DNA from: Sedimentisphaeraceae bacterium JB056
GTDB taxonomy: Bacteria; Planctomycetota; Phycisphaerae; Sedimentisphaerales; Sedimentisphaeraceae
Direction of reading: 5' to 3'
Length of the DNA stretch: 64,000 bases
NCBI GenBank assembly: GCA_044440125.1
Contig: JBITAJ010000022.1
Coordinates: 387,731-451,730, forward strand
Shown here: positions 29,326 to 41,000 of the stretch, in pieces
Layout of the letters: every line of letters starts with the position of its first letter
Numbering within the stretch: position 1 is the first letter of the stretch
The notes under the pieces: generated by a model
What the model was told of the DNA's origin: nothing
Database searches by the model: none
What the model saw: only the letters and a program-made list of their open reading frames with translations
Position numbers and translations under genes: made by a program

Positions 29326-30138
29326 ATAAGAAACTTTAATATCCAATACTTAAACTGTATCAAAACAGCTGTAACATTAATCGCTTTAGTTTCTGTCGTA
29401 GGATGTCAGAGTACCGCCGGTAATTCTCATGACATTTCCAATATTAAATTAACAGATTTTTCAGATTTAGAACCGGCCGGTGACGGCAATTGGGCAACAT
29501 TTGTAATTAGTGTATACGAAATTCCAATTGAAAGATTTGCCCTCATACGAATCTTTGCCGACAAATTACAAAGAAACTCTTCTTCATTACCAAACTCTGA
29601 AGAGCTCAAGGAAGATGGGCTAAACTACAGTAAAGGTGCTGCCGATGATTATCTGCAATTCATCAAGACACTTAAGGCTTCTTCTGCTGAAAACATAAAA
29701 GACGTAACTCTGCTTTTATATAACCAGATCAATGAAAAATTCTGGCTGCCGCCTGTTGAAAATGGCATGTTGATATACAGGGACTGGCAATCAATGCCGC
29801 GATCATTGAACATAGCAAACGGAAGGCTTGGTTTCCTTGCTTCAGTTTCCGTGGGGGAAAAAGAGCAAACAACGTTAGTAATAGCCCCAGCATTTCAAAA
29901 AAAAGGGGTTATACCTGATATATACACAAGAAAAATTGAAGAAAATATCGATTCTGGAAGAATAATACTCGATTCTCTGACATATTCAACTGTAATAAAT
30001 GAGGGAAATTTTTTAATTTTGTGTCCCGAAATACTACCGCTTGACGATATGACATTCTCTAAATACACCTTTAAGAGTGAACAGGAAACAAAATTCAGAA
30101 TCTATGCTATCCTTTGCAGGAACATAAGAGTTAAATAA
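29326..30138 (+). CDS. Hypothetical lipoprotein with probable non-canonical ATA start
   Basis: Frame is open from 29320 to 30138; lipoprotein signal ...TAVTLIALVSVVG-C (Cys 29404-29406); first ATG/GTG/TTG only at 29767. Confidence 0.65.
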   Translation: MRNFNIQYLNCIKTAVTLIALVSVVGCQSTAGNSHDISNIKLTDFSDLEPAGDGNWATFVISVYEIPIERFALIRIFADKLQRNSSSLPNSEELKEDGLNYSKGAADDYLQFIKTLKASSAENIKDVTLLLYNQINEKFWLPPVENGMLIYRDWQSMPRSLNIANGRLGFLASVSVGEKEQTTLVIAPAFQKKGVIPDIYTRKIEENIDSGRIILDSLTYSTVINEGNFLILCPEILPLDDMTFSKYTFKSEQETKFRIYAILCRNIRVK

Positions 30139-30140
30139 AA

Positions 30141-31085
30141 ATGGCGAAAATTTCATTAATAAACTGCGAAAGCTATGACCGGAATATTGTCAGAAAAGCC
30201 ATCAAACAGCATTTCGATTATCTTGGCGGAATAGACAAATTTATCACCGCAGGAGACAAGGTGCTTGTAAAACCTAACCTTATATGCCCCAAATCCCCTT
30301 CTCAACCTGCACAAACGCATCCAGCCGTAATATGTGAGACAGCCAGAATACTTGTCGAAAAAAAGGCAAAAGTAACAATTGCTGATTCCCCTGCATGGTC
30401 AAATACCTTGAACTGCCTTAAAGCTCTTGGTTGCGATCAAGAACTGAAAGACATGGGAGTACTAATACGAGACATGGATAACCCCAAAAAAATCAAACTT
30501 CCATTAACAGGACTAAAGGCAAGCATAAGCCAGACTGCTTTGGAGGCCGACAAGATAATCAATCTTCCCAAGCTAAAAGCCCATCAGCAAATGACCGCAA
30601 CTATAGCCGTCAAGAACATGTTCGGAGCAGTGCCGGGAAAACGAAAAGCCCTGTGGCATTACCGCCAAGGAGAAAACCCGGAAACTTTCGCTGCCATGCT
30701 TCTTGATATATTCCTATATATAAAACCAACATTGAATATAGTGGATGCAATAACTGCAATGGAAGGCCAGGGTCCAATCAACGGCGAAAGTAGATTCATA
30801 GGCCTTTTGATGGCTTCTGAAGACGCAATAGCATGTGAAATAGCATGCAGTCACATCATAGGCCTGAAAGAGAATTCTCTTCCGATAGTCAAAACGGCAA
30901 AAAAATTCAATATTGGATGCAGCAATATGAATGAGATAGAAATCATAGGCAGTTCACTGGAGAAGAATATTTGCAGTGAATTTAAACAGGCAGATCTGAC
31001 ATCTTTGAAATTTTCTCTACCCAGGATATGCAAAAGCGTTGTAAAACAACTGCTGATTCTAACTAAAGGACATAGATCAGGCTGA
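30141..31085 (+). CDS. DUF362 domain protein
   Basis: VLVKPNL, QTHPAV, INLPKLKAH and MEGQGP motifs. Confidence 0.85.
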   Translation: MAKISLINCESYDRNIVRKAIKQHFDYLGGIDKFITAGDKVLVKPNLICPKSPSQPAQTHPAVICETARILVEKKAKVTIADSPAWSNTLNCLKALGCDQELKDMGVLIRDMDNPKKIKLPLTGLKASISQTALEADKIINLPKLKAHQQMTATIAVKNMFGAVPGKRKALWHYRQGENPETFAAMLLDIFLYIKPTLNIVDAITAMEGQGPINGESRFIGLLMASEDAIACEIACSHIIGLKENSLPIVKTAKKFNIGCSNMNEIEIIGSSLEKNICSEFKQADLTSLKFSLPRICKSVVKQLLILTKGHRSG

Positions 31086-31487
31086 GAAACTCACCTTTTT
31101 CCGCATTTTGACCTGATTGCCCTTCTTGTTATAATTAACATAATCCATGTAATGCTCCATCAGCAGAAGCCCCCTGCCGCTGTCCTTAGTAAGATTACAA
31201 TTATCAGTTGGATCCGGAAGTGTTTGGGAATTGAAGCCTTCTCCCTGATCTGTAATAGTTATCTCGATAGAATCGTCATTAATACCGTAATCTATCTTCA
31301 CTTTCTTCTTTTTTGACCTGCCATTACCATGTATCATAGCATTATTAACTGCTTCGACAAAGGAAAGCTCTATGGCAAAGAGGTCATCGTCAGATATATT
31401 TAATGCAATATCATCAATGATCTTCTGAAAAAGACATTGCACGTTTTGCGGATACGTGACTTCAATTGTATGCATTTTATAAGCCAC
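31077..31487 (-). CDS. Anti-sigma factor kinase (RsbW/SpoIIAB-like)
   Basis: EAVNNAMIHGN, DQGEGF and SGRGLLLM motifs. Confidence 0.88.
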   Translation of the reverse strand: MAYKMHTIEVTYPQNVQCLFQKIIDDIALNISDDDLFAIELSFVEAVNNAMIHGNGRSKKKKVKIDYGINDDSIEITITDQGEGFNSQTLPDPTDNCNLTKDSGRGLLLMEHYMDYVNYNKKGNQVKMRKKVSFSA

Positions 31488-31497
31488 CTCTCCGTCA

Positions 31498-31863
31498 TCA
31501 AATGCTCTTCAGATGGGAAACCGCCTGTTCGGTCTTTTCGAAAACGCTGAATACTTTATCAAGTCTGGTTATCTTGAATATACCAAATATCCGGCTGCTT
31601 ATATTGCAAAGACACATACTACCGCCGCGTTCCTTAATCGTATTATTAAGACGTATCAGAAGACCAAGAACAGAACTTGAGAGATAATCAACTTTACTGA
31701 AGTCAACCACCATCTTTAGAGGATCGTTTTCCTCAATCAATGGAGTCATCGTTGCTTCAAGATTTTGTATATCTTTTTCTTCAAGTATCTTTTCTCTGTC
31801 TATAGTTACGATTACAACACCACTGTTGTAATTAACTGCTACTACGGGTCGTGCATCAGCCAT
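31498..31863 (-). CDS. STAS anti-anti-sigma factor (RsbV/SpoIIAA-like)
   Basis: VDFSKVDYLSSSVLG and FKITRLDKVF motifs. Confidence 0.88.
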   Translation of the reverse strand: MADARPVVAVNYNSGVVIVTIDREKILEEKDIQNLEATMTPLIEENDPLKMVVDFSKVDYLSSSVLGLLIRLNNTIKERGGSMCLCNISSRIFGIFKITRLDKVFSVFEKTEQAVSHLKSI

Positions 31864-32008
31864 TCTCGTTCTCCAGTTAGCAATATATGTAGGTATTATC
31901 AAAAGGCGTAAAAAGCCATACCTGAACTTTTCTTTAGCACAGGAACAAATATCAATAAATTAAACCACAAAAACAATAACAAGTCAAGCATTACAGTATA
32001 AATTAAGG

Positions 32009-32043
32009 CAGGCCATGAAGACATATCTCATCTTCATGGCCTG
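32009..32043 (-). terminator. Hairpin downstream of the giant surface protein gene
   Basis: Perfect 13-bp stem CAGGCCATGAAGA/TCTTCATGGCCTG. Confidence 0.75.
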
Positions 32044-32074
32044 TACCATATACATTCGAAAGACAATAATATAA

Positions 32075-35000
32075 TTATAGGCCTACCAATATAGGCTGCT
32101 CAATACTGCCTATAATATCATCGGAAACAAAATCCAGTCCATTACCAAGCTCTAATACTTCGTCTGTTTCCGGTTGATAAAGCTTGAATTCAATAGCACT
32201 TAACTCAGGTTCATGGCTGAATATAACAAGTATGAACAAATCGCCGTAGGGACCATTGCAAAGCTTACTGCAGCCAAGCATCTCGCCGTCTTTCCATGCA
32301 GAAAGAACACTGTCGGATGAAATCACAAGACCTGATTCGGTATCAAGCTTTGCATAGGCTGCCATTGAATAAGCCATACCCTCGGGATTCTGCCATTCAA
32401 TCGTCTCTGTCTGATTTACCTCCGAGACACCTTGTGTCATTATCAAAGGTACTTCTTGCGTCTTAAACAAAGCTTTTTCAGCCTTTATACTGCTGACTGT
32501 GATATCAGAAGCATAGCTGAATGTAGTTGCTTGCTTTATCCTCAGCATATAACCGGTTCCGGGCCTGAGCTCTTTAAGAGTTCCATACCACTGACCACCC
32601 CAATAAGTCGCGTTTTGGCCTTCAGGACTGACGATATAATCGTTATCCTGTGCGTTGAGATTGCTCAGAGCCTCGGCCAGCGATTTGGACTCCTCAAGGC
32701 AATATCCAATCCAGTTCCAGCCTTTAACAAGATTGATAACTTTAGATGCATCAACATAATTACCTTCAACAGCAAAATTACCACCCAAATGGCTTCTTAT
32801 CTTGTACATCTTACCTGGTTCGATATCCTTTAACGTACCGTACCAGTTACCCTCATAATAAGTGGCGTTGTTTCCGTTAGCAGAAACAATAAAATCCTGA
32901 TTCCGGGCAATATTGACATAATCACTCAAAGTATTAGACACATCGTTCTGTTCCGGAAGCACGTTAAACGACACCCAGTTCCAGCCTGGCACAAGAGACA
33001 GCTCCAATTTAACAGTGGCATTATCAAGCCAGAAATCAGAGAATATGGCGTAATCGGTCAGATTAACAAGATTGTCGGCATGTATATCTACCTGGCAATC
33101 ATTGATCAACCACTGATCAGAGAGTAGGAACAGATCGAAATCATCCACGATACCATCATCATTGAGATCAGCAACATCCATGTTTCTCGGCACATAAGTA
33201 GCACTGACTACAATATCATCAGTGACAATATCAAATCCGCTATCCCATCCTGCAAAACACCACTCTTTATCCGATCTTACTACAGGTGCTATAGCTCCAC
33301 TTTCATGTAGGATATACTGAACTGTCTCACCGATCAATTCACCATATCCGCCGGCAGTATATGTAACTGTCCATTCGTGTCGGGCGTACGTTGCCGTAAC
33401 AACCATATCAGCTGTCACATTAGCAATACTGCTATCCCATCCTGTAAAATCCCAACCATGATCTGAAATTATATCAGGAGCCGTCGCCGAATCTTCATGA
33501 GCTATTTTATGCTCAGAAGCCCCTGCAACAACTCCGTGCTGACCCGCTGCAAAAGAAACGGTCCATTCATGCCTCGCATATGTTGCTGTAATCGTAAGAT
33601 CATTGGTAACATTATCAAAACTCTTGTCCCAACCGGCAAAGTCCCAGCCATAAGCAGGAGTCACCTGTGGCGGAGCAGCATTGCCTTCATGAGCAATATT
33701 CTGCATATCATCACCAGTTAGGCTACCATGCTCACCTGCCAGGAATCTGACCAGCCAGCCATGACGACTGTAAGTTGCCGTAACAGTCAAATCACTTGTA
33801 ACATTGTCAAAGCTAATATCCCAACCGGCAAAGTCCCAGCCATGATCTGGCTCAACAACAGGAGCAGTCGCGCTACTCTCATGAGTTACCTGTTGGATTG
33901 TATCACCACTAAGACTGCCGTGATCTCCAGCAAGGAAACTAACAGTCCAAGCATGGCGACTGTAAGTTGCAGTCACAGTCAGATCACTTGTAACACTGTC
34001 AAAGCTTACATCCCAACCGGCAAAATCCCAACCGTAAGCAGGGGTTACTGCTGGAGCAGCAGCACTACTCTCATGAGTTACCTGTTGGATTGTATCACCA
34101 CTTAGACTGCCGTGATCACCGCCAAGGAAACTAACGGTCCAAGCATGGCGGCTGTAAGTTGCCGTAACAGTCAGATCACTTGTAACACTGTCAAAGCTTA
34201 CATTCCAACCGGCAAAATCCCAACCGTAAGCAGGAGTTACTGTTGGTGCAGCCGCACTGCTCTCATGAGCTACCTGCTGAATAGTATCGCCGCTAAGACT
34301 GCCGTGATCTCCAGCAAGGAAACTAACGATCCAAGCATGACGGCTGTAAGTTGCCGTAACAGTTAGATCACTCGTAACACTGTCAAAGCTTACGTCCCAA
34401 CCGGTAAAATCCCAGCCGTAAGCAGGGGTTACTGTTGGTGCAGCAGCACTGCTCTCATGAGTTACCTGCTGAACAGTATCACCACTTAGACTGCCGTGAT
34501 CTCCAGCAAGGAAACTCACGGTCCAAGCATGGCGGCTGTAAGTTGCAGTCACAGTCAGATCACTTGTAACACTGTCAAAGCTTACGTCCCAACCGGCAAA
34601 ATCCCAGCCATATTCTGCTTCAACTGAAGGAGCAATTGCAAAGCTTCCATAAGAAACAGTTTGAGACAGTTCTCCGGTAAGCATACCATGCTCGCCGGAA
34701 TTGAATTCTACATCATACATATATATCAAGTATTTGACAACAATGCTATGGTCCTGCTGGACATCATAGAATGTATATGAGTCAGATACAGATTGCGAAA
34801 TACCATCCACGATAACATCAGAAATATAGTATCCGGTATCAGGATTCATTGTCACTGCGAAATCGTCACCTTCACGAACAGATGATTGACCTTCAGGAGA
34901 GACAGTTCCATTACCGTCAACGCTCGCAGTAATCGTATGATACTTATACTCAGCAGTAAGCGAAACGGTGTCGCTCTGACCCCATAATCCTGCTGAAGCA

Positions 35001-38000
35001 ACACTCAGTTGGAATACATATTGCCCCGAAACATCAGGAACAAATATTGTTGTCATATTCTCAGGATCAGCAATAACTGCGGTGCTTCCAATAGGCCTTG
35101 AAATTATCTCCCAAAGATATTGATCGGCATTAGAACTTCCAGACCCGTCAAGCTGTATCTGATCTCCTACATATCCGTTTATATCTTCGCCTGCATCAGC
35201 TGCAGCACCGACAATCTCTACAAATCCTTCAAATCCTTTTCCTGATATCACCAAAGGCTCACCCTTAGTAATTCCACCATTATCCTCGGGGATTACAGCT
35301 TCAGAAATTGATACGCCGTTTGCAGTAACGAACAGTTTCTCCTCCATCGCAGTTTCTTTAACTACCACACGGCCATTTACCTCACTTATCATTGTAAAGG
35401 TAAATTTGCCTGTTTCCTGAGGCAATATCTCTGTTATCGTCTTTGAGCTGTTTTCTCCAATTGTAAGCCTTGCATTTCTCATAAGCTCCGTATCAAGAGT
35501 TACAGTGGCAAAATTCAATGAAGAGGTGTTGGTATTCTCAATATAAATATCAAGGTCAAACTCCTGATCCTTATAAACCTCATCAGGATAGTCTATGACC
35601 ATATAATACGAAGGATAAGCAACCTCAAACTCATCGCTCTCACCATAAGCTGCAAGATCAATATCAAACGGCTGGATATTGCCGCTTGCATCAACCGACA
35701 CAACATACTTACCTGGATAATCACCTCTTATTGTCCAGGTTGCCTGTGCCTTTTCACCTGCCAGCAGAATACCATCATCACTTAAAAGCTGCGTAGCCGA
35801 CTGCGCAGAACCAAAAAGCTCCGGCAAAGAAATACCGGCAGGCAGATTTATAGTCGCCGTTGTATTCTCTATCGTTATATCTTCAGGATCAGGTGCCTGA
35901 GCATTGTTGATTATAACGGTGGTTACGTCAAAGAACTCCTTGGCGAATCTCACATCACCCGGAATAATCATATAAGTCTCGACTCTGGCTTCAGGATCGA
36001 TATTGTTTTGATATCTGCGTATATGGCCGATAACGGTATAACCTGAGCTGGTATCAACATTCGCTATATCTGCAATTTCATTAGCAGGTATATATCTGCG
36101 GAAAGTAACAGGCTCATCAATATCCAACGGCATAGGTACACTTGGTACAACCAGGCTGCTTCCTGAAGAGCCGCTATTTGAAGCTCCTGAAGAATTGAGT
36201 CCAAGGTCGATTTCAAAATCGTATATCCAATAATTCTCAGGATCAGCAAGATCGACCCCTCTATCCACTATCTCCTGTGCTGTAAGGCGACGAACTACAA
36301 CAGATTGAACCTCAAGAGGGACGCCCTCTTCAAGATACTCTGTAAGGCTGTTCTCTCCCGGAGCAGCATCAATCTCTACAGCCTTTGGATGATGATTCTC
36401 TGCGTAGAAATAAAGCTTCGTAGAACCGGCCGCAGCGGGAATATTCACCATGCCATAATAATCGGTATAGTAAGTATCTGAATTCCCATCAATCATCACC
36501 ATAGCCCCTCGAAGAACCTTTTCTGTATCCTGCTCGAAAAGTCTCACCTCAATAGTGGACTCGGGTTCAGGCAGTAATTCAACCATAGCCTGATCGGTAA
36601 ATATCCCATTGTTTGTCTGAACTGTGACAGTACAGAGATACTCATATACATCTTCAATTTGTTGATTTGTTACAGAAAGCCCAAGAATCGCAGTTATTGA
36701 ATCACCAACACCTAAAACGGTACCCTGAACATTCGAATCAAGCGAGAACCAGTCTGCAATATCACTTTGAACACTCAACTGATTTATCGTCAGAGGATTA
36801 GCACCTGTATTCCTGATGGTAACAGGTATATCAAGCTCTGCACCAGGCCAGCATTGGAATGAATCCATAGATACAGATAATTCATACGAGACAGGCCCTA
36901 CGACAATATAGCGTGATGCCTTGTTATTAGTACTTATCCTGTCGGTAGGACTTATATTCTCCAGAACTACTATAAGTTTGTGACCGCCTTCAATATCCGT
37001 TGTATAGTTTGGTGCCGATACAAGCTTTTCTGATTCTGCTTCAATAGTAACTGCAGATGAAACTGCAATAAGATCATCCTGTGACTCCTGACCATCATAG
37101 AAATAGACGTCAGCGACAGCACTTTGTTCACTATAGTTGTGTATGTTAGCAGAAACAACAAACCCTGTCTCAAGGCTAGGAGCAAGCGGCATATATGTAA
37201 TATCACTGCTTGCAAGACCGACATCAACCGTCCTTACGCGTATAGGGGCAATAAGAATATTGTCATCATTTTCAAGCTCTGTGATATTATCATTCTTATC
37301 GATCATCACAATAAGATTGAAATTACCGAAAACCCATTCCGGTATATTGACAGTGTCATTAATTTGATATGAACTTCCACTTGCCAGATCACCGCCATGG
37401 ACAAACGTACCAAGATTTATATCATCACTGTTGCCATATATCATGTCGCTGCTGAGCACGACACTGTCTGTCCAGCCGCTTCTATATATCTCATTATATA
37501 CAGCCCCCAAACCATTATTGACGACCTCCAGTGATATCGGAAGAGCCTGACCATTTACGGCAACTGTAGATATATCATAAGAAGCAATCTCAAGATCAGG
37601 ATACCCTATAATATTTATAGTCTGACTGAAACCATCTGAACCAACCTCACCATTAATCTGGTCTTGATCCTGATTCATCAGATTACCGCTGATATCACTT
37701 ATTGAAGGCAATACGGCAAACCCGTAACTGCCTATCCTTGATTGACCCACGACAGGGAATATACGGTAAACGCTGTCAGAATATTTTATAATATCGTTAA
37801 TCGTCACCGCATTGCCTAAAGGATCAGTCAGGACAAAATCACTCACCTGTAAACTGTCTCGATCTATAGCCTCATTGAAATAAACCTCTACATAACTGAG
37901 CAAAGATATCTCATAGTCAGGCTTTACATCAATCACAACCGGCCCGGCGATATCTTCCAGCCCGCCAGAACCGCTATCGTAATCTATAGTGAACTCACCG

Positions 38001-41000
38001 CTCCAATCCTCAATGAGTCCATTTCCGGAACCATCTGTTATATTCGCGGCAGATACATCAACACTGTAAATGCCTTCGATGCTCTGTGATGGGATAGTTA
38101 CATTGTATTTGTTAATCGCAACCGAATCCTGAACAACTGAGATGACTGGAACATTATAGCCATCGGGATCGGTGATTGCTATATCACCAACGCCAAAAAT
38201 AACCTCCTCACTGAATACAGCAGTTATTGAAGAAACTGGCTCATCAAAACCTGTAGTCCCTAACCCAATAAGATAAGGCGCAGTATTGTCAATAGTTATT
38301 GTCAGCGACACATCGTCTGTATAGATATCCGAATCAAGCTGACCGCCAACACCATCTCCATCCTGATCCAAAGAATTACCATAAAGATCACTCATGTATG
38401 GATAGATATTTAGAGTGTATTGACCTGCCGCCTCAATATTCGCAAAATTTATGCGGTATGTTGATGAGCCTTCAAAATTCCAGCCAATACCGGCATACTG
38501 CTGACCATCTGAATCCGTAAGAATGAAATCCTCAAAATCAATGGTAGAGCTATCCATTGCCTCACTGAACTGAACATATATACGATCTATACTATCAATA
38601 AATTCAAGGGGATAAACGCTCGTAATGAATGGTGAAATAGTGTCTTCAACTGACATCTGAAGACTGAATCTCGCCTCAAAATAATCATTGTTCTCACCTG
38701 CCGTAAGGTCCATATCCTGATCCATCTGATTACCAGAGATATCAGAAACTTCAGGACCGACTCTCAAGACATAATTATTATCCGTATCTTGCTGTGCAAA
38801 ACTCAAAAGGAATCTGCTCCCGCCTGAACCTTCTACTGCCGAAATTGTAGATACGTCTATTGAACCATCGCTTGAGCTTACAAATGCGATATCTTCAGTG
38901 GTAAACGTTGAAGCATCAATCTGCTCACTGAAAGTAATCTCAAACGAATTGAAAGGCGCATTAAGCGTCCCGGCAACACTTATATCAGTTACCCATGGTC
39001 CTGTAACATCACCTTCTCCAGCTTTCACGCTGAAAGAAGAATTAGAAACGATGATATTGTTATTATCATCCGACTCGTAAACATTATTATTGCTGTCCAG
39101 AGCCACTATAATATAATAATCCCCTTCCGCTACGGTCATTGGTATTGTAACGATCTTTGTCTTGGAATAGTTGCTTCCGGCTTCAACGCTGTTTTGGATA
39201 AGAGCCTGACCAAGAACAATATCATCACCGCTAATCGTATTATCGCTGCTTAAATAGAGCTTATCATACCAACTGCTTTGCAATACACCATTAGCATTGG
39301 AAGTCGTATTATTACCCTGATTAACGGCAGTCCAGCTCACCTGACACTGCTGTCCTGTTTCAACAATCGCAGGCAGATAAAGAGATACCGGGTACAAATC
39401 AGACTTATCGCTCGGTAATATATCGACCGCAAATGGACCCGCTACATTATTTACATAATCAGTCTCTACAAGACTGGATGTATTATTCAGCCTTATGAAT
39501 ATAAACTTCTGGCCTTCATCTCCATTTATAAACTCACAGCTGGCAAATGCATCATAGCTGCCGCCCGCCTCAATCATCATGTTACTAAGTATATCAGTAC
39601 CTATTACACGCTTGTTTCCCTGCTCAAAATCTGGGCTGTCTGATATATATACAACATCTCTCCAGGTCAGGAAATTGCTTCTTGTCTCACCCATGTTGGT
39701 AGCTGTCCAGTTCACATCAAAGGGAACACCAACCTTGCCATTACCGCCCACAAATATATTAGAAGCGACAAGATCAACATCTTCAACAGTTATACTTGCA
39801 TCAATAAGTGAGTTATTGAGTTCATTTGATTCGGTAATCTCTTGAAGACTGTCAATAGTAGCCCTGAATTGATAAGAACCGAATTCAGAGGGAGCGGTAT
39901 ATTCAACAGTTAATTCTTTATTCTGTTTTCCCGCAATCTCTGAGATATTTACCGTATCTATATTGCTCCAGTTGCCGCTTCCATCCTGAATTTCCACACT
40001 AACAGCAAAAGGCCATATACATTTAGAAAATGAATCATTATAGATATCTATCTTAAGAGTTGTAACTTCTGAAGGCAATACACTCTCATGATCAGCCGTG
40101 ATTGATAATACTTTAAGGTCGGGATCTGCAATTGTCAGTATTACGCCGTCTTTGACATTATTGGTCTCTGTTATCTCATCAACCTCCCCTGTCTCATCAA
40201 TAACAGCCTTGAATTCATATTGACCTAATTCATAACCGGAAATAGCAACAGTCAGATTTCTTCTCTGGCCCGCGGCAAATTCCCAGCTCTGCTGAGCAAT
40301 ATTCACCCATACTGATTGCTCTTTAACATAAATAGCACATGTTGCAGTCGCAGCCTTATTACCAGAATTCTTGAACCAACCGCTAACTGTAACCTGTTGT
40401 TGAGAAACACAATTCTCAGGTGATAAAACAAGTGATTCGACCTCAAGCTCAGGCATACTTACAGTAACAGTCTTGATTGCCGATATATTATTATTTTCAT
40501 TGGATTCATTTATCGAATATACCGAATCACAAAATAATCTGAATTGATAGCTTTCGATCCGGTCATCCGTAAAAAAAGCAAAAGACTCGTTTCGCGATTC
40601 TCCTGCCGCAAGTGAGCTTATCGTTTGCCTTCCCCCTGCTGTCGTTATCCAATTGCCATTTGTATATTTTTGAAAATCTACAACAATATCACCAGTGGCA
40701 AGATCGCCGGTATTACTTATAGCAAACGAGACCTGAACATTCTCATTAATGCCGGCATATATCTGTTCAACCTGCGTATCAGCAGCTATATCAGGCATAG
40801 GAACATGCGTATATGAAGCATATATTGTAATATCAGACGTTATGTTGCTGTAATCTCCCTGCCACTGCTGAAATATCCAACCTTCATTCACTGTAACTTC
40901 CGGTGCTGTCGCAGACTGCCCATAAGTTACCGTTGTTGAAAATGTCCTTTGTCCATTAATAAATCCATGATCGCCTGCATCAAATATAACAGTAAACTCA

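Noticed and set aside
33497..34366. Plus-strand repetitive ORFs inside the giant gene
   Set aside because: Antisense artefacts of the 192-bp coding repeats.
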